From an uncultured archaeon (GTDB taxonomy: Archaea; Thermoplasmatota; Penumbrarchaeia; JASLWR01), in NCBI GenBank assembly GCA_964430885.1, contig CAYSHM010000023.1, positions 1 through 51,789 on the forward strand: DNA of 51,789 nt, written 5' to 3'. This document shows, in pieces, positions 8,735-18,566 of this stretch. The number at the start of each line of letters is the position of its first letter. The first letter of the stretch is position 1. A model generated the notes under the pieces. The model saw only the letters and a list, made by a program, of their open reading frames with translations. It was not told the origin of the DNA and did not search any database. The translations under genes were made by a program, and so were the position numbers.

Positions 8735-9193
8735 ATGAGCTTTCAGATACAGATAGTGGACAATGTACCAATATCCAGGGAAGCGGATTTAGATGATGCC
8801 CTGAGATTGTTTCTTTCTAATATCGGATATCTGCTGAGGGAGAAGGAAACCGATGTTGCGGTAGGGCTTTTTAAAACGTTTCTATTACTGCCTAACAAAT
8901 TCTGGACGGTAGAGGAGATGATGCATAGGCTGAACACATCTAAACCTACCTTATACTACCATCTGAACAAACTTAAATCATTGGATCTGATCGAGGGCAA
9001 CATGGTTGAATTGGAAGGATATGAAAAGAAAAAAAAGGTTTATTCCCTTCGGTTCAAGAATCTGGAGAGGGCATGGCATTTTGTTGAGTACCATATTGAG
9101 GATTCCCTGAAGAACTACGGGAAGTCCATAACCAATATATGGTCAATTGCTGAGAGGGTAAGGGAAAAGACACTTGAGAATGAAGGTCTCTGA
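8735..9193 (+). CDS. Winged helix-turn-helix (ArsR-like) transcriptional regulator
   Basis: WTVEEMMHRLNTSKPTLYYHLNKLKSLDLIE HTH plus a beta-wing (KKKVYSLR). ATG 8735 preferred over TTG 8720. Confidence 0.8.
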   Translation: MSFQIQIVDNVPISREADLDDALRLFLSNIGYLLREKETDVAVGLFKTFLLLPNKFWTVEEMMHRLNTSKPTLYYHLNKLKSLDLIEGNMVELEGYEKKKKVYSLRFKNLERAWHFVEYHIEDSLKNYGKSITNIWSIAERVREKTLENEGL

Positions 9194-9214
9194 TCCCTGT
9201 ACTCATATTTACGA

Positions 9215-12200
9215 TTGGAAGTGTATGTTTTGAAACCAACAATAGCATTGAATAGATCAGGTAAAATCGCTGCACTTCTCGCAGCTACTATTCTTTTTTC
9301 CAATTTACTATTTTTTTTCCTTTTCGGTAGCAGTTCAATTTTGCACAACGAAATGAACCCTTCCATCAGCAGTGTTGAAGTCACATATTGGATTTCAACA
9401 GATCGCGATTCTAGAGATATTGATTTTATAGTCGAGAGGCCCCGCCAGGCTTTACCTGCAATAAGAATTCCAGGTGATGATTTTGAGGTTTGGCTGTCAG
9501 GAGAGGGTCTGAGCGAAGCCAGCTCAGTAACGGTTACTGCCGAGGCTTATGGAAGCCAGGTTATTTTGGATGTATTGGGATTCAATGAGACCGGCGGACG
9601 TTTGATAATAGAGACGGATATCCCCTTGTTCATTAAACCAGGTTTATATGATCTTGATTTTTCTGTAAACGGTGTATTAAGGACAACGGTCAAGTCGTTG
9701 TCCATAGTGAATGAATACCGGGATGACTTCAAATTCATTCAGCTGACAGACGTTCATATCGATGATAAAAACTCAGAGAATAATCTAAGAGCAGTAATAG
9801 ATGAAGTGAATCTCATCAATCCGGCTTTTGTGGTATTTACTGGCGACACTTTGGATGCAGATCCAACCGGTTCATCTACCAGTACCCAGGAACAAGCAAA
9901 TATATTCATGTCTATAGCAAATAATTTAGAAGTTCCGTTCTATGCGGTACCTGGGAATCATGAATACGGTTACCTGACCGCCGATGGTATTGAAGTTTAT
10001 CTTGGCACTATAAACCCGCTTTTGGATTATTCCTTCAACTACGGGCCGTATCATTTCATTGGCATGAACTGCGGAAAATATCAGACCATGACTGGGGGCA
10101 TACCAAGTCCTAGCAATAATGTCCAATCGTTCACGGAAGAGCAGGTTACATGGTTAACCCAGGACCTCGCGGAACATAATAATGATCACAATATGGCGAT
10201 CTTTCAGCATGCACCTCTAAAGACAGAAAACGGTAAGGAACTGCCTCTCTGGAATCGCGAGGAAGTTGAAAATCTCATGAGACAGTATGGAGTAAAGACC
10301 TATTTTGCGGGTCATACACATGCGGATTTCATTATGGATGGTAATGACGAGATACTACAAGGTGACTGGTCTCTACCTACTTATCCTCTTTTTATTCAAA
10401 CAGACACAGCAGGTGCAGAGGATACTGTCGAAGCTTGCAGGTATAGGGTATATAAGGTCAATCAAGGGAATATTGAGTATTGCACCTATGATGATAATAA
10501 TGACGGTATCAAGAGCGCGTTCAGGTCCACTCCAGCAGGTCTCCTGGAAGTTTCCTATGAATCTAATAATGATTTTTCTCAATCAGCAAACACCTTTACA
10601 GTAAAAAACTTTCAAACCGAGGATATAGTAAATGCCAAAGTTGAGCTCAGGCTTGCTTCGCCTGCCTCTGGTTTCGACTATGTTCCTGATACTGGCTATG
10701 TTTCCAGGATATTCGACACTCCCGATGGCCAATTGGTGGATGTTTCCTTCAATCTGACCAAGAATTCCCAATGGGCGATAGGTGTGGAGCAGAAGGATAT
10801 AACCCCGCCCTGCATTGCTAACCTGACGTCTTCAGTAGGTCAGGATAGTGACGGCATCTATGATGTAGGACATGAAGTGGAGATAATAATCGTGGATGAT
10901 AATAATGAATCCGGTCTTTGGGCAACAATAGATATCACCGATGAGAATGATAGGTCGATAGTCGACGGAGGTGTTTTGGATTCCTTGGGATTCGGAAGAT
11001 ATTCATATATATGGAACACATCAGAGATCATTCCCTGGGTAAATTATTCTGTCAAAGGTAAACTGGAAGACCCGGCAGGGAATATGGATATCGGTGAGAA
11101 ATTCAATCTTACTTCGATCAATATATATATGGTGGATACAACCCCACCAGTCATTTCCAGGGTCACCGCAAGCTCAGAAGGTGAGGAAGCCGAGACCTTT
11201 TCTCTTGGGTCGGAAATAATAATATCGGTATTGGAAGGGAAGAGCGAAAGCGGATTGACTGGGTCCATACAAGTTGAATTGCTGAATGCCAAGAACAAGA
11301 CCTATAATCATACATTCATTCTTGAGGAAGAATATCTCGGGAATTACATTTATGAATGGGATACGGTCCAGTTGAATCATGGTTTCTACGGAATAAAGGC
11401 TGAACTCCAAGATCCCTGGGGTAACATAGTTCAAGGGGTTCATGCAGATTTGGACCTTAAGATCGGCCTCATTGACGATATTCCTCCTGAGGTATTTTCC
11501 GCGGTTCCATATGTTATTTCCAATGAAGAACGTATTGAAGATGATGAGTTTGCACTTGGTGACGTGGTTCATTTTGAAGTGATCGAGAAGAACCTGGAGG
11601 GAGAATTGAACGGCAATATTTGCATACAGCATTCCACAGGTGAACTGGTGACGGTGTTTCCTTTAGCGCCACTTTCGGATGTGGGGCATTACGGGGCTTC
11701 GTGGAATACCATTGGGAATATGGAAGGGAGCTATACTGCCAATGTGACACTATGGGATGATGCCGGCAACAGGGACGAGGATGGACTATTGGCCAATCCA
11801 GACATACGGTTCGACCTGGTAGACAAACAACCTCCTGCTATTATCCACACCTATCCATTAGATGGAGCCACTGGATTAGATCCAAATGTGACGATCTGGG
11901 TCGCCTTTAGTGAGCCGATAATCCAGGATGCGTTGGTTTATAGTGTTGAGCTCAGAGAATTGTCAAATGCAGCCGGACCTAAGAAGATGCCTGCGGATAT
12001 TTTATGGCATCCTGATAATTATTCCATTTCTTTAAAACCTATCAATCCTCTGGTTCTAGAGACCCAATATGAGGTTCTAGTCGGGACGAATATATATGAT
12101 CTGGCAGGGAACAATCTGGCAAATGAGTTCAGATTTTCTTTCAAGACAAAGGATTTCTCTATTTCAGATCCCCTCGATCTATCATTTACTGTCATTCCCC

Positions 12201-12835
12201 AGCAGCTCAAGGTCAATATAGATCATGGTGATACGCAAAATTTCAGTGTTATTCTGCTGAACAACAATACACGGAATTTATCCTTGAATTATAAATGGTT
12301 CCTGAACCGCGACCTTCTAGCTTCAGGTAATAATAACACCTTTTACCTTTTGAATACCACTGGTCTATCCATGGGCAGCTCGTATAATTTCAGGATCCAA
12401 ATTGGATATGCATCAAACATTGAGGAATATACCTGGACCCTTTTAATTAAAAAAGAAACCCTTAGGGATGATGAAGACAATGATCGGAATAAGGCGAGAA
12501 ACCCTACCTTTCTGAACTGGATACTGATATTGGGCATTGCAGGAGCGGTTTTGGGTATCTTATTGATTCCGGTATTTTTCATTATTCGCAGAAAGCGGAG
12601 AGAAAGAGAGCTAGAGAAAAATGTTAACAAGTTATTGACCGAAAAGAATGGGGAGGATTGGATTTCTGATGATTCGGAAAAAGAGGGGGAAGAATCCAAT
12701 AATGTAATCAGTGGAGAAAAGGAAATCCTTGACCATTTGGATATAAGTGTTCCTAATGAAGATAATGAAATTGATGATGACGGATGGTCTGAGAACGAGG
12801 ATGATTTTTATCCGGGCAATTTTTTCGATGAATAA
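9215..12835 (+). CDS. Membrane-anchored extracellular calcineurin-like metallophosphoesterase with Ig-like repeats, Big_5-like domain, TM and acidic tail
   Basis: All five MPP motifs: TDVH, TGD, PGNHE, QH, GHTH. Ig-like repeats are delimited by DITPP, DTTPP, DDIPP and DKQPP. TM followed by RRKRR. Start codon uncertain. Confidence 0.85.
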   Translation: MEVYVLKPTIALNRSGKIAALLAATILFSNLLFFFLFGSSSILHNEMNPSISSVEVTYWISTDRDSRDIDFIVERPRQALPAIRIPGDDFEVWLSGEGLSEASSVTVTAEAYGSQVILDVLGFNETGGRLIIETDIPLFIKPGLYDLDFSVNGVLRTTVKSLSIVNEYRDDFKFIQLTDVHIDDKNSENNLRAVIDEVNLINPAFVVFTGDTLDADPTGSSTSTQEQANIFMSIANNLEVPFYAVPGNHEYGYLTADGIEVYLGTINPLLDYSFNYGPYHFIGMNCGKYQTMTGGIPSPSNNVQSFTEEQVTWLTQDLAEHNNDHNMAIFQHAPLKTENGKELPLWNREEVENLMRQYGVKTYFAGHTHADFIMDGNDEILQGDWSLPTYPLFIQTDTAGAEDTVEACRYRVYKVNQGNIEYCTYDDNNDGIKSAFRSTPAGLLEVSYESNNDFSQSANTFTVKNFQTEDIVNAKVELRLASPASGFDYVPDTGYVSRIFDTPDGQLVDVSFNLTKNSQWAIGVEQKDITPPCIANLTSSVGQDSDGIYDVGHEVEIIIVDDNNESGLWATIDITDENDRSIVDGGVLDSLGFGRYSYIWNTSEIIPWVNYSVKGKLEDPAGNMDIGEKFNLTSINIYMVDTTPPVISRVTASSEGEEAETFSLGSEIIISVLEGKSESGLTGSIQVELLNAKNKTYNHTFILEEEYLGNYIYEWDTVQLNHGFYGIKAELQDPWGNIVQGVHADLDLKIGLIDDIPPEVFSAVPYVISNEERIEDDEFALGDVVHFEVIEKNLEGELNGNICIQHSTGELVTVFPLAPLSDVGHYGASWNTIGNMEGSYTANVTLWDDAGNRDEDGLLANPDIRFDLVDKQPPAIIHTYPLDGATGLDPNVTIWVAFSEPIIQDALVYSVELRELSNAAGPKKMPADILWHPDNYSISLKPINPLVLETQYEVLVGTNIYDLAGNNLANEFRFSFKTKDFSISDPLDLSFTVIPQQLKVNIDHGDTQNFSVILLNNNTRNLSLNYKWFLNRDLLASGNNNTFYLLNTTGLSMGSSYNFRIQIGYASNIEEYTWTLLIKKETLRDDEDNDRNKARNPTFLNWILILGIAGAVLGILLIPVFFIIRRKRRERELEKNVNKLLTEKNGEDWISDDSEKEGEESNNVISGEKEILDHLDISVPNEDNEIDDDGWSENEDDFYPGNFFDE

Positions 12836-12888
12836 TTTTTGATGTTCGCTAATGAGGGCGATAAGCCGGATAAGATCTGGTAATCCCT

Positions 12889-12928
12889 AAAAAATAATAA
12901 AATAGGGACGATATTTTTAATTCGTCCC
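12889..12928 (-). terminator. Hairpin + U-rich terminator after groEL
   Basis: GGGACGA(12905-12911)/TCGTCCC(12922-12928) stem followed on the minus strand by TATTTTATTATTTTTT. Confidence 0.55.
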
Positions 12929-12987
12929 ATATGATATTTCTTCTATTATGTGTTCGGTTTTAGCAAGAATAATGAATATACTAAAAA

Positions 12988-14661
12988 TTATAGACCACCC
13001 ATTCCACCCATTCCGCCCATTCCGCCCATTCCGCCCATTCCACCCATACCTCCCATGCCCATGCCTCCAAGGTCATCATCCTTTTCTTTAGGCTTGTCTA
13101 CAATAGCGACCTCACTAGTTAGAAGCATTCCAGCAGCGGAGATGGCATTTTCAATTGCCATTCTGACCACTTTCTTCGGATCTATGACTCCATCATCCAC
13201 CAGATCGCAGTATTCGAGACTGGCGGCATTGAAACCGAAGTTCCCTGAATTCTCCCTGATCTTCTCCACAACTATATCGCCGTTCACACCTGCGTTGTTA
13301 GCTATCCATTTGGTAGGACTTGATAAAGAAGAAGCGATGATGTTCGCACCCTTTTTCTCATCCCCATCAAGTTGGAGCTCAATGACCCTGTCGTATGATC
13401 TTAAAAGAGCTATGCCTCCTCCGGCTACCACTCCCTCTTCTACTGCTGCACGGGTGGCCTGAAGGGCATCCTCCACACGGTCCTTCCTCTCCTTCAATTC
13501 TGTTTCAGTAGCTGCTCCGACCCTGATTACACCCACGCCGCCGGATAACTTGGCAAGTCTCTCACGGAGATTTTTTTTCTTATAATCGGAGGTGGCATCC
13601 TCAATTTGCGCCTTGATCTCATTAATCCTGCCCTCAATGGCTGACTTTTCTCCCAATCCGCCGATTATTGTGGTATTGTCCTTTGTTACCTCGATTCTCT
13701 TTGCCTGTCCCAGATTTTCCAGCCCTGTAGATTCCAGTTTTCTTCCGAAATCCTCACTAATCACATCTCCGCCTGTAAGAATAGCGATGTCCTCCATTAA
13801 AGCCTTTTTCTTGTCTCCGAATCCGGGAGCTTTCACAGCACACACATTTATTGCTCCTCGCATCTTGTTGAGGATCAAAGTTGCCATGGCGTCTCCTTCG
13901 AGATCATCTGCAATTATGAAGAATGGTTTTCCGCTCTGGACTACCTTTTCCAAAAGAGGCAGGAAATCCTGCATTCCACCAATTTTCTTATCATAGAGCA
14001 GAATGTATGGATCCTTTAACTCAGCAGTCATTCTCTCCTTGTCAGTTGCAAAGTATGGAGAGACAAATCCCTTGTCGAACTGCATACCTTCAACCACTTC
14101 AACCTCTGTTTCAACGGTCTTTCCCTCTTCCAGGGTCACCACTCCGTTCTCTCCCACCTTTTCCAGTGCATCTGCCAGCCTCAATCCAATCTCTTTGTCA
14201 TTGTTTGCAGCTATGGTAGCAACCTTGATCAGGTCGTCCTTTCCCTTAACCTCAACTGCAATTTCTCCGAGGTATTTCTTGATTTCTCCGAGAGCCTTTT
14301 CCATACCTCTGTATAAATAGATAGGATTTGCTCCCGCAGCAATGTTCTTCGCTCCTTCATGAATGATGTCCTGGGCCAATATGGTGGCGGTAGTAGTTCC
14401 ATCTCCAGCGTTCTTTCCGGATTTTTCAGCTACTTCTATCAGCATCTTAGCTCCGAGATTTTCCACATTGTCTTCAAGCTCGATCTCCTTGGCGACAGAT
14501 ACTCCATCCTTGGTTACCTTAGGGGATCCCCAGCTCTGTCCAATGATGACATTCCTGCCCCGGGGTCCTAAGGTTGTCTTGACTGCATTAGCAACCTTGT
14601 TCACGCCATTGATCAGCTTTCTTCTAGCTTCATCTTGAAAATATATGTTCTTTGCACCCAT
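12988..14661 (-). CDS. groEL: Group I chaperonin GroEL (Cpn60)
   Basis: [53 protein letters not shown] and C-terminal GGM repeats. Confidence 0.98.
   Translation of the reverse strand: MGAKNIYFQDEARRKLINGVNKVANAVKTTLGPRGRNVIIGQSWGSPKVTKDGVSVAKEIELEDNVENLGAKMLIEVAEKSGKNAGDGTTTATILAQDIIHEGAKNIAAGANPIYLYRGMEKALGEIKKYLGEIAVEVKGKDDLIKVATIAANNDKEIGLRLADALEKVGENGVVTLEEGKTVETEVEVVEGMQFDKGFVSPYFATDKERMTAELKDPYILLYDKKIGGMQDFLPLLEKVVQSGKPFFIIADDLEGDAMATLILNKMRGAINVCAVKAPGFGDKKKALMEDIAILTGGDVISEDFGRKLESTGLENLGQAKRIEVTKDNTTIIGGLGEKSAIEGRINEIKAQIEDATSDYKKKNLRERLAKLSGGVGVIRVGAATETELKERKDRVEDALQATRAAVEEGVVAGGGIALLRSYDRVIELQLDGDEKKGANIIASSLSSPTKWIANNAGVNGDIVVEKIRENSGNFGFNAASLEYCDLVDDGVIDPKKVVRMAIENAISAAGMLLTSEVAIVDKPKEKDDDLGGMGMGGMGGMGGMGGMGGMGGMGGL
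12991..13069 (-). repeat. 9-bp coding repeat encoding the GroEL (GGM)n tail
   Basis: CC(A/G)CCCATT units, seven GGM triplets. Confidence 0.9.
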
Positions 14662-14689
14662 TTCTATTCCTCCGTAATCCTTTCAATAT

Positions 14690-14986
14690 TCACTCCAATA
14701 TAATTCCGTATATGTCATCGTCTTTCATGAGCAGATATTCCTTGCCCTTTATCTTGACTTCGTTTCCGCCCCATTTTCCAAACAGGACAATATCTCCAAC
14801 TTTAACATCCATAGGGAAGAGGTTGCCTGCTTTATCACGTTTGCCAGGTCCCACCGCTAGGATGCGACCCTTGTTCTGTTTCTCCTTTGCAGTATCGGGT
14901 ATAAAAATACCGCTTGCGGTCATTTCTGCTTCTTCTATCCTTTCTACCAAAACTCTATTACCCAATGGTTTCAGATTGATATTCAT
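14690..14986 (-). CDS. groES: Co-chaperonin GroES (Cpn10)
   Basis: LKPLGNRVLV, mobile loop TASGIFIPDTAKEK, AVGPG, VKVGDIVLF. GGAGG SD. Confidence 0.98.
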   Translation of the reverse strand: MNINLKPLGNRVLVERIEEAEMTASGIFIPDTAKEKQNKGRILAVGPGKRDKAGNLFPMDVKVGDIVLFGKWGGNEVKIKGKEYLLMKDDDIYGIILE

Positions 14987-15064
14987 GGTCCTTCCTCCAA
15001 ATTTTTCAAATTATTCCAATACAGGATTAAAAATATTCTACTATATATTTTCCAATTTACTTCA

Positions 15065-15137
15065 GGGCGGGTGGTATGTAATTTCAGCATTATTAATGAC
15101 TAATCATACCGATTCTACCGTGAAATTATTATCGCCC
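15065..15137 (-). promoter_or_regulatory. Nested imperfect inverted repeat in the putative groES leader
   Basis: GGGCG/CGCCC outer arms, GGTATG/CATACC middle arms, CATTA-T-TAATG core. Confidence 0.4.
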
Positions 15138-15153
15138 CATATGTCAGAACTTC

Positions 15154-15171
15154 TATAAAAATTTTTTTTTC
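15154..15171 (-). promoter_or_regulatory. Putative BRE + TATA promoter for groESL
   Basis: GAAAAAAAAA-TTTTTATA on the minus strand. The same TTTTATAG core occurs upstream of alaS and of the 186-aa gene. Confidence 0.5.
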
Positions 15172-15449
15172 ATAGTTAAGTGGTAATATAAGGTGTACCG
15201 TTCAAATTCTATTAGGTAAAATATCAACGGAAAACGAACAGCCTAAAAGGTTGCGGCTAATAATGGCCTTGCTTTGCAGTTGATAAAAACACAGAAACCC
15301 TATTATACAATAAAATGAAGTTAGGGCAAGGAAAAATGTTCTAAATATCGATAGAATAACAATGAATAATCGGTATCATTAGAATAATAAAAATCAGGAT
15401 CAATAGTATCATAAGAAGTAAGTTCAGATTAATATGAGGTGGATGGGCG

Positions 15450-15902
15450 ATGACAACAATATATGATGTTCCAGCAGATAAGCTTATAGAGATCACATCA
15501 GTAAAATTGAGCGCGATGGAAGATTTGGAAGCACCAGATTGGAGTAAATTTGTTAAAACCGGGGTTCATAAGGAAAAGGCACCCACCCAGGAAAATTGGT
15601 GGTTTATCAGGATGGCCTCAATATTACGAAGGATCTATATCAAGGGTCCTATTGGCGTATCCCGTCTTAGAGGTGATTATGGCGGTAAAAAAAGAAGAGG
15701 TGCCAAACGGTCCAAGGCCGCTAAAGGAAGCGGTAAGATAATAAGGGTTTGCCTGCAGGATCTTGAAAAGGTGGGTTTAATAAAGAATGTGGAAGAGGAC
15801 GGAAGAATTATCTCGCCCAAGGGACAGAGCTTTCTGGACAACAACGCTCATGAAGTTCTAAAAACATTGGTTGAGAGCAACCCTGAATTGGGAAAATATT
15901 GA
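15450..15902 (+). CDS. rps19e: 30S ribosomal protein eS19 (S19e)
   Basis: MTTIYDVPAD, PDWSKFVKTG, WWFIRMASILRRIY, GSGKIIR, GRIISPKGQS. Confidence 0.97.
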   Translation: MTTIYDVPADKLIEITSVKLSAMEDLEAPDWSKFVKTGVHKEKAPTQENWWFIRMASILRRIYIKGPIGVSRLRGDYGGKKRRGAKRSKAAKGSGKIIRVCLQDLEKVGLIKNVEEDGRIISPKGQSFLDNNAHEVLKTLVESNPELGKY

Positions 15903-15958
15903 ATAATGGAAATTTAATAGAGTTCACAGAATTCCTTAAGGTCTACGGAGCATCTGGA

Positions 15959-16303
15959 ATGAATGATGACGATGATGAGATAATAAAATTTAAGCAGAAG
16001 AGAATGCAGCAGCTTAGGGAGCAGCTTGCGGTCGAGGAGATGGAGAACAGAAGAAGAGAGGAAGACGAACTCAAGACATCTCGAAGAAAAATGTTGCTTA
16101 AAAGATTGCTTGAACCCGCGGCAAGGGAGAGGCTGGCCAGGATAAGGATAGTTAGGCCCGATTTTGCCGAGGCAATCGAACAGCAGATACTGATATTGGC
16201 ACAGAGAGGAACATTGAAGAAAAGGATTGATGATCCGCTGCTCAGGGAAATGCTGGAAAAATTAAAACCCAAGAAAAGAGAGATAAATATCACAAGGCGA
16301 TAA
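15959..16303 (+). CDS. PDCD5/TFAR19-family double-stranded DNA-binding protein
   Basis: [28 protein letters not shown] and REINITRR. Conserved position after rps19e. ATG 15959 preferred over TTG 15899. Confidence 0.93.
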   Translation: MNDDDDEIIKFKQKRMQQLREQLAVEEMENRRREEDELKTSRRKMLLKRLLEPAARERLARIRIVRPDFAEAIEQQILILAQRGTLKKRIDDPLLREMLEKLKPKKREINITRR

Positions 16304-16305
16304 TC

Positions 16306-16461
16306 ATGGCATCCAATAAGAACTATGCAAAGAAAAGAAGATTGTTAAAGGCGGGAAACTCCAACAGAAGAGTACCTGGTTGGGTAATGCAAAGGACAGG
16401 GAGGAAATTCCTCAGACACCCCAAAAGGCATCATTGGAGGAGGGGCCGGCTGAAGAAATAA
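16306..16461 (+). CDS. rpl39e: 50S ribosomal protein eL39 (51 aa; not in ORF track)
   Basis: Manual translation [51 protein letters not shown], lying between the PDCD5-like gene and rpl31e. Confidence 0.96.
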   Translation: MASNKNYAKKRRLLKAGNSNRRVPGWVMQRTGRKFLRHPKRHHWRRGRLKK

Positions 16462-16514
16462 GTGTAATATTGGTTTAGTATTGGATATAACAATTAAAAT
16501 GAGGGGATTGGAAA

Positions 16515-16787
16515 ATGGCTGATGAACCTATCGAGAGAATATATATTATTCCGCTCAGGAAAGTATACGATAGACCCCGTAGCAAACGGGCAAAACTAGC
16601 GATCACACTGATAAGAAAATTTATTTCACAACACATGAAATCCGATTTGGATATGGTCTGGTTGGACCGTTCAGTTAATGAGAAAGTATGGGAAAGGGGC
16701 ATTCAGAAACCTCCGCGAAAAATACAGGTCAGGGCTGTTAAATTTCCAGAAGATGGTCTGGTAGAGGTATCTATACCTGAGGAGTAA
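16515..16787 (+). CDS. rpl31e: 50S ribosomal protein eL31
   Basis: ERIYIIPLR, KRAKLAI, NEKVWERGIQKPPRKIQVRA. Confidence 0.97.
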   Translation: MADEPIERIYIIPLRKVYDRPRSKRAKLAITLIRKFISQHMKSDLDMVWLDRSVNEKVWERGIQKPPRKIQVRAVKFPEDGLVEVSIPEE

Positions 16788-16794
16788 ATCAAAA

Positions 16795-17331
16795 CTATAG
16801 AATTATGAGTTTCCCTGATTCACATTCTATTCGGACTCTCATCCCGCTGTGTAATTTTTCAGTTATGTCCGCATCGAAACTGTGGATATGAGGTATGCTT
16901 GCTATGGCGCATCCTATAAGCAGAACTGGGTCGGACCTGTTTACTATTATTGCTCGCGGTGCCTTCTCGTTCAATGCAAGATTTATTATGGAATAACTGC
17001 CGACTGTTGACCCTGCGCCTGAAGGGAACACCAGAATGCTGTCCTCAATGCTCATCTCAACAATATCGTGTTCAGGATTTATGCATATACCGGTATTGAT
17101 ATCGAAGTCGCCAAAGAATGAAATAGGTTGAGAGTTGATCAAAATCTTTCCTTCGACAATGTTGTTCTCAAGCCCTTTTAATCCCTTCCCATGGTATGTG
17201 GCAGGGGTCTTTTGGTTTTCTTCATTTAAATATTCCTTTTTTAACGTCTTTTCAATATTATCCCCCTTTCCGTTTAATTCCCGTTCTACCTTTCCTTCGA
17301 TGGTACTGTATATATCTTCCCTGCCTTTCAT
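16795..17331 (-). CDS. Aconitase X swiveling-domain subunit (DUF126), probable phosphomevalonate dehydratase small subunit
   Basis: PISFFGD, ILVFPSGAGSTVGSY, APRAII. ATGA overlap with the large-subunit stop. Confidence 0.9.
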   Translation of the reverse strand: MKGREDIYSTIEGKVERELNGKGDNIEKTLKKEYLNEENQKTPATYHGKGLKGLENNIVEGKILINSQPISFFGDFDINTGICINPEHDIVEMSIEDSILVFPSGAGSTVGSYSIINLALNEKAPRAIIVNRSDPVLLIGCAIASIPHIHSFDADITEKLHSGMRVRIECESGKLIIL

Positions 17332-18566
17332 AATTCGCCCTCCATTGCGGTTTGTATCATCTCCTTCAATGGGAAGAAAGCAGTATCTATGTTGCCCATT
17401 TTGGGCAGGTAATGAAATGCTTTCCCGGAATTGGTTACTACAAGATCCAGTTTAATATTGTCAAGCTCGCTGACCACGATGCAGGTGTCTGAGAATACCT
17501 TCACACCTTTAGATTCCAGAGAATCGACCAAACCCTGTCTCTGTGCCAGGATCCTCGTCTGCTCTGAAGTAAAAATCCAGAATTTTGTGTTCTTAACGGG
17601 TCTTTGCATTAATCTGTCGATCTTAATAATCTCCCGAATACTGGAATGGGGGCATCCCACCGCCATCAATGAGGGCATTCTATCTGGTCTGCTATCTGCC
17701 AATAGCTCAACTATGGAACTATCATCGATATGAAGATGTTCAAAATCGCTAGATTTGCAGCTCTCAATATTTCCGTCAACATAGTTACGGGCCCAATTCG
17801 CTTCGGGAGTTTCGTTTTCTACATGATATAGAGATATATTACCAGATGCGGCCATTGAAGCGCCGAAGCCCTTGTATAGATCCACATCATGGGGTTTAAT
17901 TCCTCGAATATAAGGAATTGATGACGGGTATCTTTTACCTATGAGCAGTCCGATCATGAATAGTTTTTCTCCGGGGTCTTGGTAATTCAGAACATCTTCC
18001 CCAACTTCAACCAATAGATCCGGGACCCGGTTCTCCTTGATAAGGAGACCGTAATATGGAGTTCGGCCTAGAATAGCGGTTGCCAGGGCAGATAATCCGC
18101 TCTCCCTATTGGTTCGGGCCCCAATAACCGAATTTGCAAAACTTACAGCAGATGATTCGGCCCAGGCCAAAATATCTCCCTTCTTCGGATAAAGCCCGTT
18201 CAGATAAGGTGTGCACGTCATTGTCGGTGAGATACCCAAGTTCAGGAATTTATCAATGATGCTCAGCTGTCTTCTTTGAAATTCATGGGATATAGACATC
18301 TCGTCATATCTTTTGAGATCGAATCCTGCCGGATTTAAAAATGTGGGGACCTTTACCCTCCCTCCTTTGGTAAGGGTTTCAAGCACCTTTTCCAGAGCTA
18401 GCCCCCCGGTTTTAAAGGATACCCCTGATACATGAACAGAACTGACCTTCACCGTTTTTGGGGCATCGAAGAATTCACCGAGGTTTGTAACTATCTTGGC
18501 TGCCAGGGCCATTCCTTCACCGTATTCACCTTTCAAAGCTTTAATCTCATAATCGGTCAATTCCAT
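17328..18566 (-). CDS. Aconitase X catalytic subunit (DUF521), probable phosphomevalonate dehydratase large subunit
   Basis: HVSGVS, TCTPY, AWAESSAVSFANSVIGARTNRE, GCPH, DTCIVVS (three putative Fe-S Cys), TNSGKA. Confidence 0.92.
   Translation of the reverse strand: MELTDYEIKALKGEYGEGMALAAKIVTNLGEFFDAPKTVKVSSVHVSGVSFKTGGLALEKVLETLTKGGRVKVPTFLNPAGFDLKRYDEMSISHEFQRRQLSIIDKFLNLGISPTMTCTPYLNGLYPKKGDILAWAESSAVSFANSVIGARTNRESGLSALATAILGRTPYYGLLIKENRVPDLLVEVGEDVLNYQDPGEKLFMIGLLIGKRYPSSIPYIRGIKPHDVDLYKGFGASMAASGNISLYHVENETPEANWARNYVDGNIESCKSSDFEHLHIDDSSIVELLADSRPDRMPSLMAVGCPHSSIREIIKIDRLMQRPVKNTKFWIFTSEQTRILAQRQGLVDSLESKGVKVFSDTCIVVSELDNIKLDLVVTNSGKAFHYLPKMGNIDTAFFPLKEMIQTAMEGEL

Noticed and set aside
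15084-15103. Canonical CIRCE/HrcA operator
   Set aside because: Arm sequence and spacing do not match TTAGCACTC-N9-GAGTGCTAA. Kept only as a generic inverted repeat.
12950-15158. Plus-strand ORFs including PPIPPIPP repeats
   Set aside because: Antisense to groEL/groES. The Pro repeat is the reverse complement of the GGM tail.
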